A stretch of DNA of 64,000 nucleotides. It comes from a virus (lineage: Duplodnaviria; Caudoviricetes). Location of the stretch: IMG/VR virus record IMGVR_UViG_3300009826_000020, positions 1 to 64,000 of that record. One strand, 5' to 3'. A model generated the notes under the pieces. That model searched no databases. It saw only the letters and a list, made by a program, of their open reading frames with translations, and was not told the origin of the DNA. Numbering within the stretch: the stretch's first letter is position 1; each line of letters begins with the position of its first letter. The position numbers and the translations under genes were made by a program. Below, piece by piece: positions 27,418 to 36,416 of this stretch.

Positions 27418-28510
27418 AAAGGCCGACAAGCGGCGCACCGTCGAAGAGGTCATAGCCCAGATAAATAAAGAGCTTGGCCCCGAGACAGTCGTCTGGGGAT
27501 CCCAGATCCGCTATTCGAGCCTGCCCCGGATCTCGACCGGCTCCTTCTCTCTCGATATGGCCCTCGGTGGGGGCTGGCAGACCAACGCCTGGCACGAGAT
27601 CTATGGCAACGAGAGTGCCGGGAAGACCACCATCATCCTGAAGACCATCGCTACCCAGCAGGCTGCTAACCCTGAGTTCACCGTGTTCTGGGTGGCGGCT
27701 GAGGAGTTCGTGCCCTCCTGGGCACAGGATCTCGGCTGTGACACTGACAGGATTCTGGTGATGCAGACCAACATCTTGGAGGAAGCTACTAATGCTGCCA
27801 TCAAGGTTCTTGAGGAACGTACTGTAGATGCCCTGGTCATTGACTCAATGCCCGCCCTCTCGCCGGTCACCGAGGCAGAGGGCACCATGGACGATCAGCA
27901 AATAGGGCTGGCCGCTCGCCTTTTGGGCAAGTTTTTCAGAAAAGCATATACGGCCATGAAGCGCAGTCTGGTTGAGGACGATAGGCCCGTGACCTGTTTC
28001 ATCGTCAATCAGTGGCGGGAGAAAATAGGTGTCCTCTTTGGGGATCCCCGCACCACTCCAGGGGGTCGAGCCAAGAACTATTGGTTCACTACAAGGCTTG
28101 AATTGGCCCGTGACGACTGGCTGACTGAGGGCACCCGGCAGAATCAGCGCAAGGTCGGAATCACGATCAAGGCCAACACCACAAAGAACAAGAGCTACCC
28201 ACCACAGCGGGTGGCCGTGGTGGACTTTTACTTCGACCGGAATGAGCTACAGATCCCGCCGGGATCGTACGATACGGCCAAGGAGCTTGTCACGATGGCC
28301 CTGGCGTGTGACCTCTTCAAGGTGAAGGGGGCCTACTACCACCTCGGTGAGCAGTCCTGGCACGGGCGTGCCGCCCTTGAGGAGCAGATCAGGTGGGATC
28401 TGACCTTGCAAGAGAAGCTCCGGGGTGATATTCATGATCAACTAGCAAAGGGGAGGAACCGGGAGGAGTCCAGCCCGACCCCTCGGCGGCTTGTCAGGAC
28501 GAAGGAGTGA
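27410..28510 (+). CDS. recA: RecA recombinase
   Basis: ISTGSFSLDMALGGG, GNESAGKTT, LVIDS, NQWREKIGVLFGDPRTTPGG. Confidence 0.95.
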   Translation: MAEKADKRRTVEEVIAQINKELGPETVVWGSQIRYSSLPRISTGSFSLDMALGGGWQTNAWHEIYGNESAGKTTIILKTIATQQAANPEFTVFWVAAEEFVPSWAQDLGCDTDRILVMQTNILEEATNAAIKVLEERTVDALVIDSMPALSPVTEAEGTMDDQQIGLAARLLGKFFRKAYTAMKRSLVEDDRPVTCFIVNQWREKIGVLFGDPRTTPGGRAKNYWFTTRLELARDDWLTEGTRQNQRKVGITIKANTTKNKSYPPQRVAVVDFYFDRNELQIPPGSYDTAKELVTMALACDLFKVKGAYYHLGEQSWHGRAALEEQIRWDLTLQEKLRGDIHDQLAKGRNREESSPTPRRLVRTKE

Positions 28511-29115
28511 AGGCGGGAACCCGCCTGTGGAGGCGGCAAGAACAGCAAGGGATGGAGCGATTTGGCGGTGTCCAGAACCCACGTTCTGGTGCGAATTGGA
28601 ACCGAAAAAACGACGGTCGAACGCCCCGGGAACTCGTTGAATTCAAGCGAACCGACAACACTAGCTCCATTACGCTCAAGCACGCCGACCTCGACGCCCT
28701 CTACCGACACGCAGTGGTCGAGTCTCGCATCCCAGTTCTCTGCTTTGAGCTTCACGGAAGGGATTGGGTCGTACTCCCAGAACCCGACTATCACGAATTG
28801 GTTTTTCATCGACCAGAATCAACTCATGCAGAACCTCTACGTTCGGGAGCGGCCCGACTGGTTCGACCACGCAAAATGTCTTGGCGTCAACGCCAGCAGC
28901 CCGACGAATCTGTTTTACGCCGAGGGGCAGCAGAACAACGCCCAGGTACAGGCGGCAAAGGCCGTGTGCAACGGGACGCACCCGGAGCATCCGGGTCGGT
29001 GCCCGGTACTGGAGGAGTGTCTCGACTACGCAATCGAGAACAGCGAGAGGTTCGGAGTCTGGGGCGGGTGCAGCGAAAGGGAACGGCGGCGGATAAAGCG
29101 CCAGAGACACCGTGA
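28507..29115 (+). CDS. PD-(D/E)XK Holliday junction resolvase-like protein with long Arg-rich tail
   Basis: PRSGA...KNDG...LVEFKRT...PVLCFEL; domain ends near aa 100, ORF runs on over WhiB. Confidence 0.75.
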   Translation: MKAGTRLWRRQEQQGMERFGGVQNPRSGANWNRKNDGRTPRELVEFKRTDNTSSITLKHADLDALYRHAVVESRIPVLCFELHGRDWVVLPEPDYHELVFHRPESTHAEPLRSGAARLVRPRKMSWRQRQQPDESVLRRGAAEQRPGTGGKGRVQRDAPGASGSVPGTGGVSRLRNREQREVRSLGRVQRKGTAADKAPETP

Positions 29116-29305
29116 AGAGGCCCTTGAAGCCGGGGACATTATCCCGCTCTCGCCCGGTGACCAACAAAAATCTGAGGAGCCTTCTAGATACGACGAAGCA
29201 GGACAGTCGGCTCCTTGGCGATATTCAGCGCCACTTGTTGCGGCCTGGAGGAGAGAGCGAGCAACGAAACGACGCTCTTCACCCGTCAGCAATTTCGCAC
29301 TCTGA
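28826..29305 (+). CDS. whiB: WhiB-family transcription factor
   Basis: WFDHAKC...FY...AKAVC.......CPVLEECLDYAIENSERFGVWGGCSERERRRI. Confidence 0.9.
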   Translation: MQNLYVRERPDWFDHAKCLGVNASSPTNLFYAEGQQNNAQVQAAKAVCNGTHPEHPGRCPVLEECLDYAIENSERFGVWGGCSERERRRIKRQRHREEALEAGDIIPLSPGDQQKSEEPSRYDEAGQSAPWRYSAPLVAAWRRERATKRRSSPVSNFAL

Positions 29306-30203
29306 CTGGTGCCCCAGGGCTTCCTATTACCGGCTGGCCGGTGTCGAGCCTGCTGTTTCGCCCCCATCCACATCCTGGCAACTCCAGATGGTGTTCGATG
29401 AGGGGCGGGAGATCCACGGGAAATGGCAGAAAAGGATCTGGGATATCGGGCGGTTGGCTGGGACTTTCTACTGTGTTGACTGCCACTGGGCTGGGCCTGC
29501 TGTAGCTCCTGAGTCCTGTGGGAGATGCGGTGCCGGTCGAGCCTTTCTCCGGTATCAGGAGGTGCCCCTGCAGGATTCCCAGTTGTCTCTGATAGGCCAC
29601 GCCGATGGCCTCGATGGCGAGAGCCTGATCGAGATCAAGTCGGTGGGCCTGGGTACGCTGCGCTTCGAGGCTCCTGACCTGATCGCTGCCCACACCTACC
29701 GGTTCAATCTCAATGGAAAATCTCGAGAATTTCTCGACTACGACGGGCTGTGGGATTCCATCCGCAGGCCTTTCCCGTCTCATATGCGCCAGGGTGACCT
29801 GTACTGCTACATGAGCAAAAAATACAAGGAGGTGATTTACCTCTACGAGTGTAAATGGAATCAACGGGTGAAGGAGTTTGTGATTCACTACCGTGAGGAG
29901 CGGATCGCAGATCGATTGAACTTATGCCGCCAGATCACCGTGGCGTTAAAGGGCGGGAAAATCCCTGTCTGTCCCTTCGGCGGGTGTGCAGATTGTCGAC
30001 GTTATGAGGAGAAGCATGGAAGCCGAGGAGGCAGAGTTCTTGTCAGACGGTCGTCGGTTCCTGAAAAGGACACCAATGGACCTGCACGAGAGGCTGGTCA
30101 AAATGGTGAACGGCCACCGTCAAGACGTTTATCGAGACCTCGGGATACAGGAACCTACCAGCCCCCGGTTCGGTTTACCCAAGCTGGAAGAGGACATCGA
30201 TGA
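29112..30203 (+). CDS. Cas4-family (PD-(D/E)XK, Fe-S) exonuclease
   Basis: LHPSAI...WCPR, GHADG...IEIKS, C-terminal C...GC..C. Confidence 0.8.
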   Translation: MKRPLKPGTLSRSRPVTNKNLRSLLDTTKQDSRLLGDIQRHLLRPGGESEQRNDALHPSAISHSDWCPRASYYRLAGVEPAVSPPSTSWQLQMVFDEGREIHGKWQKRIWDIGRLAGTFYCVDCHWAGPAVAPESCGRCGAGRAFLRYQEVPLQDSQLSLIGHADGLDGESLIEIKSVGLGTLRFEAPDLIAAHTYRFNLNGKSREFLDYDGLWDSIRRPFPSHMRQGDLYCYMSKKYKEVIYLYECKWNQRVKEFVIHYREERIADRLNLCRQITVALKGGKIPVCPFGGCADCRRYEEKHGSRGGRVLVRRSSVPEKDTNGPAREAGQNGERPPSRRLSRPRDTGTYQPPVRFTQAGRGHR

Positions 30204-30582
30204 CCTGACCGATAAGCAACTGATGAACCTGTTCGTGCAGTTCACCCGCTGGACGGACTTCTTCCAGAATCAGCTTGCCATCGAGGAGATTTTCGAGCAC
30301 CATGCCGAGATGGAGGTGCGAAAATTGGAGGGTATCTTCCTGACCAGGAACCGCCCTGAGCGGGCGTCAGAGGCCGTTACCTGGGTGCGGGCGCAGATGG
30401 AGATGGACCCCGAGATCCAGCAGGCACGTGATGACCTGAAGATCTTCTACGCCAGGCGCAAGCTCAAGCAGATGCTCTTTGAGGGAGCAGAGCGGGATGC
30501 CGCAGTAGTATCACGGGAATTAACCCGCCGTACTGATAACAAATCGCCCGGTTACCGGCGGGCAGATCGAGGTGCGCCATGA
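30016..30582 (+). CDS. helical protein, possible recombination mediator (UvsY-like, tentative)
   Basis: DPEIQQARDD...ERDAAVVSRELTRR; GAGGAG SD before ATG 30016. Confidence 0.5.
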   Translation: MEAEEAEFLSDGRRFLKRTPMDLHERLVKMVNGHRQDVYRDLGIQEPTSPRFGLPKLEEDIDDLTDKQLMNLFVQFTRWTDFFQNQLAIEEIFEHHAEMEVRKLEGIFLTRNRPERASEAVTWVRAQMEMDPEIQQARDDLKIFYARRKLKQMLFEGAERDAAVVSRELTRRTDNKSPGYRRADRGAP

Positions 30583-30773
30583 CTACTCCATCAGCATCTT
30601 CCAAGGAAGATTGCATTAAGAGAGCAATCCAGCATCGTGAGGAAGCGCTTCGTTGTGGTCGAGGAGGTTGGGAAAATCTAGACAATGCTGCTATCGTTCA
30701 TGCCTTACTGGCTATTGAGGCTCGGCTGGAGCAAATGTATTGGGAAATGCCAAGCCCTGAATCGCTCCTATGA
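30579..30773 (+). CDS. hypothetical protein
   Basis: 64-aa coupled ORF. Confidence 0.55.
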   Translation: MTTPSASSKEDCIKRAIQHREEALRCGRGGWENLDNAAIVHALLAIEARLEQMYWEMPSPESLL

Positions 30774-31150
30774 GTGAACCGGCTACCAAGTTTGAGCAGG
30801 TCCACGCTATCCTGCGCTGGTTCTCCGAGACAGAGTGTATTGAGTCGCTGTATTGGAACACGGTGCCGGGTGCAATTCTTTTCTGGGTTCAGTGCAACGA
30901 CATGTTCTGGTGGGGGACCGCCGACGCCGAGGACGTGGGGCGTGCGGATATCAAGGATCTGCAAGAGGCTTATCAGGACTTGCAGAAGGTGGACGACAAT
31001 TTCACCTGTTACGCCCCGGAATTGTGGGTCGCCCGCAAGCGGGGAATGCGCCCTCAGACGCCATGGTGGGATCGGGAGAGATTCCCTCAAGAGATTAAGG
31101 ATCTTTTTCTGGCTGCTGGTCCTCCCCGTGATCGAAAGGAGGAGGGATGA
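30770..31150 (+). CDS. hypothetical protein
   Basis: 126 aa; CNDMFWWGTADAE...LWVARKRGMRPQ. Confidence 0.6.
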   Translation: MSEPATKFEQVHAILRWFSETECIESLYWNTVPGAILFWVQCNDMFWWGTADAEDVGRADIKDLQEAYQDLQKVDDNFTCYAPELWVARKRGMRPQTPWWDRERFPQEIKDLFLAAGPPRDRKEEG

Positions 31151-31608
31151 TGAGTACTGAACCAGGGCACCGCAGTCCCGCTCAGGTCAAGGCATTGGCT
31201 TCACGCTTGGCGGAGGTAGGACCCTCGATTATTTTTGGAAGTGGAAAAGGTAGAGGTGATGAAGTCACCTCGGTAGTGGTCGATTTAGAAAACGGCAAGA
31301 AGGCCCTCGTTTATCCACTCGTCCCTCCCGTCGGTGCATCGGACGAGCTACTCCTTCTCTATAGCGCACGGGCGACGGCGAATATTAAGGGTCGCTGTCC
31401 TCTTTGCGATGCTGTCACTGGTCTGATGGGCCAGGACTCCACTGGCGTTACGGGCGGCGAGATGATGCATGATGCTGACTGCCCTGTAAGTAATGACCTA
31501 TTCGTCCTTGCTGCCCGTGCCCACTGGGCAGTTGGTCCTTATGACCGATGCCCCTGTGGTTCGGGTCAGAAGTTCAAGTTCTGCCACAAGACGAGCTTGA
31601 CACTTTAA
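31147..31608 (+). CDS. SEC-C motif protein
   Basis: C-terminal YDRCPCGSGQKFKFCH; internal CPLC...HDADCP. Confidence 0.7.
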   Translation: MMSTEPGHRSPAQVKALASRLAEVGPSIIFGSGKGRGDEVTSVVVDLENGKKALVYPLVPPVGASDELLLLYSARATANIKGRCPLCDAVTGLMGQDSTGVTGGEMMHDADCPVSNDLFVLAARAHWAVGPYDRCPCGSGQKFKFCHKTSLTL

Positions 31609-31626
31609 AGAAACAGAGGAGCCACG

Positions 31627-31911
31627 ATGACAACGAAAAAGCCCAGCCCTTTTGATGGCCTCTTCATGGAGGACATTCTTGGGGCGATCAGACAGGGGGT
31701 TCACGATGCCTTTAGCGAGAAGCTGAAATATCTCTCGTTGGGGCAGGTAATGAACTCTATCAATGATGGTGTTGACACAGCATTCTCACGTCACTTAATT
31801 GGTAACCTCGACGGCTTCGTGGACAATCACAGTGGGCGTGATGTACTTGAGGACGGTGTTAAAGAAGCAACGGCGGGGTACCTACAGCACTACGGTCACC
31901 TACCTCGGTGA
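31627..31911 (+). CDS. hypothetical protein
   Basis: 94 aa with AGAGGAG SD. Confidence 0.55.
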   Translation: MTTKKPSPFDGLFMEDILGAIRQGVHDAFSEKLKYLSLGQVMNSINDGVDTAFSRHLIGNLDGFVDNHSGRDVLEDGVKEATAGYLQHYGHLPR

Positions 31912-32504
31912 CTGACGTCTATGTCGGTATTGACCCTGGATCACGAAATTGTGCCCTGGTCGCATGGTCGCCCACCAGAGGTCTTATAACCACCTGGAAG
32001 CCCACCGGCACGATGCCCACCGGGGTGCTGCGCCTCAAGCGGCTGATGGTGGATATTTCCCAGGAGTTGGGGAAGCTCGACGGGATCCAGAAAATCGCCC
32101 TAGAGGCTTACTCTATGGCCGAGAAATACGGCCAGCACGCCTCCGGTGAGGTGGGAGCGGCTATCAAGCTCACCATCCTCGGCCATTTCAGCTACGACCT
32201 GCGGGCATTCCCTGTTCTGGTCGCTCCGCAGCAACTCAAGAAATTCGTCTCCGGCAATGGCAACACGAAAAAGGAGATGATCCCCAAAGAGGTTTTGAAG
32301 CGGTGGGGGATGGATTTCAACGACACGAATATCGCAGAGGCGTACGTACTCGCCCGGATCGCCCATGCCGTGGATGCCGAACCAGAGATGACCGGGTTCC
32401 AGCGGGACGTGGTGAAGGCCCTGGAGGGTCGCACCGAGGCCCCTCCAGGGGGCTATGAGGGGATGCGGAAGGGAAGACGTAGGCTGGTCCGCATCGGGGC
32501 ATAG
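31908..32504 (+). CDS. ruvC: RuvC-like Holliday junction resolvase
   Basis: VGIDPGS, ALEAY, DTNIAEAYVLA. Confidence 0.85.
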   Translation: MTDVYVGIDPGSRNCALVAWSPTRGLITTWKPTGTMPTGVLRLKRLMVDISQELGKLDGIQKIALEAYSMAEKYGQHASGEVGAAIKLTILGHFSYDLRAFPVLVAPQQLKKFVSGNGNTKKEMIPKEVLKRWGMDFNDTNIAEAYVLARIAHAVDAEPEMTGFQRDVVKALEGRTEAPPGGYEGMRKGRRRLVRIGA

Positions 32505-32514
32505 GCTTGCAGGC

Positions 32515-32985
32515 ATGGCAGATCCCAGAATGGTCGGTCATGCGATCCGACGCCGGATGGGCGCACCCTCAAGCCATTTGGAAATGGCAGCAGGTGGTGC
32601 CTGGTCGCAGCCGCCCAGTGGCGATGAGGATGTCCCTATTGCAGGAGGAAGGGCTATGGCAGGTAATCATCTGCGGGGTGTTCCTGATGTCTATGAGACC
32701 GGCTCCGGTTCCTACGGGATGGGATCCGGCCCGCCGCTGGCGGGTGACAATGCTGCCATGGCGAGTGGGGTGAAGGATGGGGTCGACGCCGAGCAGACTG
32801 GTCCCAGAGGTCGTTTATCGCCCGCAGAATCCGCTGGAGCACGGCTGACCGTATCACCCTCCATGAAATTCCCTGAGCAGTCTCCTGTGCCCACACAGGG
32901 GGCTGGGCGGGTGGTGTCCTCCCCGAATAATCCATCGAGGCAAGGCTCCTTCTCCTTCGGCATGTCGGAGCAGCACGGCGGATGA
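32515..32985 (+). CDS. Gly/Pro-rich probable virion protein
   Basis: start MADPRM; TAGGCT 7 nt upstream. Confidence 0.6.
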   Translation: MADPRMVGHAIRRRMGAPSSHLEMAAGGAWSQPPSGDEDVPIAGGRAMAGNHLRGVPDVYETGSGSYGMGSGPPLAGDNAAMASGVKDGVDAEQTGPRGRLSPAESAGARLTVSPSMKFPEQSPVPTQGAGRVVSSPNNPSRQGSFSFGMSEQHGG

Positions 32986-33335
32986 GCGATCTGAGCGCAG
33001 GTGCCAACCCGAACCCCGGGGGAGGTAGTGGGTCCACGGGAGTGGCCGGTGCTGGCCAGCAGACCCAGCCCAGGCCCCCTGCTGCCCCCAAGCAGCCGCC
33101 CGCTGGGGCTGCTTCTGGGGTCGCTCCGTTCGCCCTGGGGTCCCAGGGCTATGAGTACGCCGAGCACGTCAACAAGGAGCCGCACGGTCCTACGTACGAT
33201 ATGGTCATGTCGGATATTTCCGGCGACATAAAGGACCCTCAGGATCCCCACTACCTCGGGGGCCTGCTGCCACCGGCTCGTCCACGCTCCGAGGAGGTCC
33301 GTAGCTTCTTCGATGCCACGAACGTGATGGGATAA
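32982..33335 (+). CDS. Gly/Pro-rich probable virion protein
   Basis: 117-aa coupled ORF. Confidence 0.55.
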   Translation: MSDLSAGANPNPGGGSGSTGVAGAGQQTQPRPPAAPKQPPAGAASGVAPFALGSQGYEYAEHVNKEPHGPTYDMVMSDISGDIKDPQDPHYLGGLLPPARPRSEEVRSFFDATNVMG

Positions 33336-33845
33336 ATGCCCCAAGGAACCTTCACCCCATTTCAGTATCTGCCCCCGTGGAATTTCGGAGCACCGGGGAA
33401 TGCCAACACCGTCAGCGGTGGCGGGGGCATGGGGCCGTTTTTCCGAGACGCTCTGGATGCAAAAAGAGCCGCACACAACCAGACGCCTGACGCTCAGTAC
33501 CCACCGGGTTATCTCGGGACCATAAATACCCGACGCCAGGATCGACTCCTCGACGCCCTGAAGAATCGCCAGAATCAAAGGAGCTACGTCAGGGGTGTGC
33601 ATAAAGGGGAGCGCATAGATCCCGCCGATTACTTCTTCCCCGCCGAGGTGCAGCCCACCGAGGGAATTGAGCGGGGAGAGGCGGCGGTGCCGATTGACTT
33701 CGGCAGCCAGTGGCTTGTCGAGCGCCATGCCCCGAAGCTCGACCTTGTGCCGTCCCTGACGACTAAGCAACAGGTGATGTGGGGGGCGGATCCCGGTATC
33801 GGTCGAACCACCCAGCTAAAGAAGCTGGCCCCACCTTGGAAGTGA
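33336..33845 (+). CDS. conserved hypothetical protein
   Basis: QYPPGYLGTINTRRQDRLL...YVRGVHKGERIDPADYFFP. Confidence 0.7.
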   Translation: MPQGTFTPFQYLPPWNFGAPGNANTVSGGGGMGPFFRDALDAKRAAHNQTPDAQYPPGYLGTINTRRQDRLLDALKNRQNQRSYVRGVHKGERIDPADYFFPAEVQPTEGIERGEAAVPIDFGSQWLVERHAPKLDLVPSLTTKQQVMWGADPGIGRTTQLKKLAPPWK

Positions 33846-33848
33846 AAA

Positions 33849-34202
33849 ATGCCAGACGACGAAAATGGAACAACCTGGGCAGGAGCGCCCGGTACAGAAA
33901 CGGCACCGGATCAGCAGAATCAGCCCCTGAGCGGCAAGCCTCAAGCGAAGCCGGGATTTCTGGGCAAGCTCAGTAACAGTCAGTTCGGTAAAAATCACCC
34001 GGGTATCGGTCATGCCATGGAGTCGGCCTCGAAGGCGAACTTCTTTCGTCACGCTGGCATGGGCCACGCTTTGCGCTACACCCTGAACCTCCATGGGGAA
34101 GCCCCGAAGTACGATGCCCTGATCAAGCAGCGGATGGATCCACTGAATGGAGTGCAGCCGGGGCTGAATCCGACGCCTTTCCACAGCCCAGAGACGTTCT
34201 AG
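33849..34202 (+). CDS. hypothetical protein
   Basis: 117-aa ORF in the coupled chain. Confidence 0.55.
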   Translation: MPDDENGTTWAGAPGTETAPDQQNQPLSGKPQAKPGFLGKLSNSQFGKNHPGIGHAMESASKANFFRHAGMGHALRYTLNLHGEAPKYDALIKQRMDPLNGVQPGLNPTPFHSPETF

Positions 34203-35003
34203 ATGGCCTTTGTCCTCGATGAGTATTTCCCGTTCGATCCTGGCTTCGGGGCTTCAGCGAATGCCACCCGCTGGCGGAAAATGGCTGCACTGTGGCAGGC
34301 GGATGGGGTCATCAGTGGGCTGACCGCCGGGATCTCGGGTGGTACTCTCACGGTTCAGCCGGGAGCGCTTTTGATCAAGGGCTACTACGGTGAACTTGCT
34401 GCGGCCAAGAGCTTTTCGCCCATAGGGGCCAGTGGCACACTCGTAGCCCAGGCCAATCTGCCGACTGACAACGAGTATATCCAGGTGACTTACCGACCCG
34501 GTATCGTTGATTACGGTGCCGGTGGTTACCAGCAGGACAGCAATGTCTGGGAAATGCCGCTGTGGTTGGTGGATGGTGGCAACCTGATTGATCTGCGAAC
34601 GCTCCTCACGCCCAGTGGGCCGGTCTGCTGGTCGGATCAGGTGGTAGGGGCGCAGACGGTGAATGGTGGGGCCACAGTGGATGTCCCGGTGCTGAGCGCA
34701 CGTATTCCTCATGCTGGCTGGGCCTTGGTGCAGGGATCGGCTCTGCTCACTTTCACCTCCCAGCAGACGGCTACTTGCTCGATCTACTATGAGACTCCTG
34801 CTGGTGGTGAGAACCATGCCACCTCTACGATTGCCCCAGCGGTAGCTGCCGGAGCAGTACCTGTTTCCATCAGTGGCAGGATGCCCGTTACGTCTGGGCG
34901 GAAAATCTTAGGCTGGCGAGTAGTAGCAGGGTCGGGAGCCGCCGTGTCGATTTCTCAAATGACCGTAACAGCAACGCTGATCAGCGCAGGAGCACAGGGG
35001 TAG
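34203..35003 (+). CDS. minor tail protein
   Basis: YFPFDPGFGA...RWRKMA..W..DGVI N-terminal anchor, paralogous to the next gene. Confidence 0.7.
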   Translation: MAFVLDEYFPFDPGFGASANATRWRKMAALWQADGVISGLTAGISGGTLTVQPGALLIKGYYGELAAAKSFSPIGASGTLVAQANLPTDNEYIQVTYRPGIVDYGAGGYQQDSNVWEMPLWLVDGGNLIDLRTLLTPSGPVCWSDQVVGAQTVNGGATVDVPVLSARIPHAGWALVQGSALLTFTSQQTATCSIYYETPAGGENHATSTIAPAVAAGAVPVSISGRMPVTSGRKILGWRVVAGSGAAVSISQMTVTATLISAGAQG

Positions 35004-35010
35004 CTGACAC

Positions 35011-35985
35011 ATGACCATGCTCGATACCTATATCCCCTTCGATCAGGGTCCCGGTGCTACGGCGACTGCCCCTCGCTGGCGGCAGATGGCCCGGAACTTC
35101 TGTGGTTCAGGGGTGATCCCCGGCTATCTCAACCAGATGACTCCTACATTGGCCGGTACCAACCTCACCATCGCTTCAGGTGGGGTCATGTGTGATGGGA
35201 TGTACGGGGAAAATGCTGGCCCGAAGACCTTTGCTGTTTCTGCTGCTGGGATTGCTGTTGCACGCATGGATCCCACGGCGAGGTCGATCTCCTTTGCCTG
35301 GCTTGCTAATGCCACCACCTATACGCAGAATCTCACGGGTATCTTCGAGGTCCCTATCGCTATGGTGGTGAACAGCGCCCTGGTCGATTTTCGAGAGTGG
35401 GCAACCGGTGGGGGTGGAGTGGGTGGCAGTCATTCAGAAGGGATGATCGGAGAAATACGGGGGTTCGCTTACTCGACTCCTCTCCCTGGTTGGATCGTCT
35501 CTGATGGGCGTTACCTTGACCGTGCCCAGTACCCGGAACTTTTCGCTAAAATCGGCGTGGTATACGGCTCGACCTCAGCTACTAATTTCCGAATCCCTGA
35601 ACTCACCGCACGGGTTCCCTTTGGTGCGAGCGCCAATTATGCCATGGGGACATGGGGTGGGTCTGCGACCGTAACGCTTACTACGGCTCAGATGCCCACC
35701 CATAACCATGGCAATACCGGTAATATTAGTGCGAACCACGTACACCGGAATACAGTACCGACGAGTGGGACAAACGGGGCGACCATCATCAGTTGGTCTG
35801 CATCCACAATCCATATCGCTTACTCGCCAAGTGGTGAGCCGGTCACGATTGACTCATCAGGAACCCAGACCTCTCAGATAGAGAGTGCCAACCACGTTCA
35901 CGCTACGGCCAATGCCGGAAGCAGTAATTCCCACGAAAACATGCCGCCCTACATGGTCATTACCTGGATGATCAAGGTGCGGTAA
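35011..35985 (+). CDS. tail fibre with tail-collar domain
   Basis: IGEIRGFA..PLPGWIVSDG.YLDRAQYPELFAKIG..YG....FRIPEL..RVP; HENMPPYMVITWMIK. Confidence 0.85.
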   Translation: MTMLDTYIPFDQGPGATATAPRWRQMARNFCGSGVIPGYLNQMTPTLAGTNLTIASGGVMCDGMYGENAGPKTFAVSAAGIAVARMDPTARSISFAWLANATTYTQNLTGIFEVPIAMVVNSALVDFREWATGGGGVGGSHSEGMIGEIRGFAYSTPLPGWIVSDGRYLDRAQYPELFAKIGVVYGSTSATNFRIPELTARVPFGASANYAMGTWGGSATVTLTTAQMPTHNHGNTGNISANHVHRNTVPTSGTNGATIISWSASTIHIAYSPSGEPVTIDSSGTQTSQIESANHVHATANAGSSNSHENMPPYMVITWMIKVR

Positions 35986-36416
35986 TGACCTTCGTCCAGC
36001 CCGCCAATTTTCGCCAGCTACCCCTCCAGCGGGAGATGGGGCAGCCTTTTCACATCGACGCTGCCGGGTCTGTCGCACATGAATTTGATCCGGCCCGGTG
36101 GGCACGTAGTCATATCCTGGCAATCCTGCTGACGAATCCTGGTGAGCGGGTGATGCGGCCCACCTACGGGGCAGGCCTCCAGCGGCAGTTGTTCGAGAAC
36201 GATGACTCGGTCATCGAGACGCAGTTGAACACGGCTATTCGTCAGCAACTGGCCACCTATGAGCCGAACGTCCAGATCAGCGAGTGCAAATTTGTCTTCA
36301 CTGCTGATTACTCTGGAGTCATGGAATTGCAGATCGCCTTCTGGGTGGGGTCGAACCCGTCCCTGCGGACGGTGGCCATCACCATCGATGGCACGGCTAT
36401 TGAGGTCAGGGTATGA
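35985..36416 (+). CDS. baseplate wedge protein (gp25/GPW-like)
   Basis: ILLTNPGERVMRPTYGAGL..LFE...YEPNV. Confidence 0.9.
   Translation: MTFVQPANFRQLPLQREMGQPFHIDAAGSVAHEFDPARWARSHILAILLTNPGERVMRPTYGAGLQRQLFENDDSVIETQLNTAIRQQLATYEPNVQISECKFVFTADYSGVMELQIAFWVGSNPSLRTVAITIDGTAIEVRV

Noticed and set aside
29112-30203. Cas4-like gene as part of a CRISPR system
   Set aside because: No repeat-spacer array or other cas genes; solo Cas4-family exonucleases are routine in actinophage recombination modules.
9764-33986. L-S-x-x-Q-F motif (LSTQQF at 9764-9781, LSNSQF at 33969-33986) as a capsid-targeting signal
   Set aside because: Only two strict matches, at different relative positions; too weak without a search across relatives.
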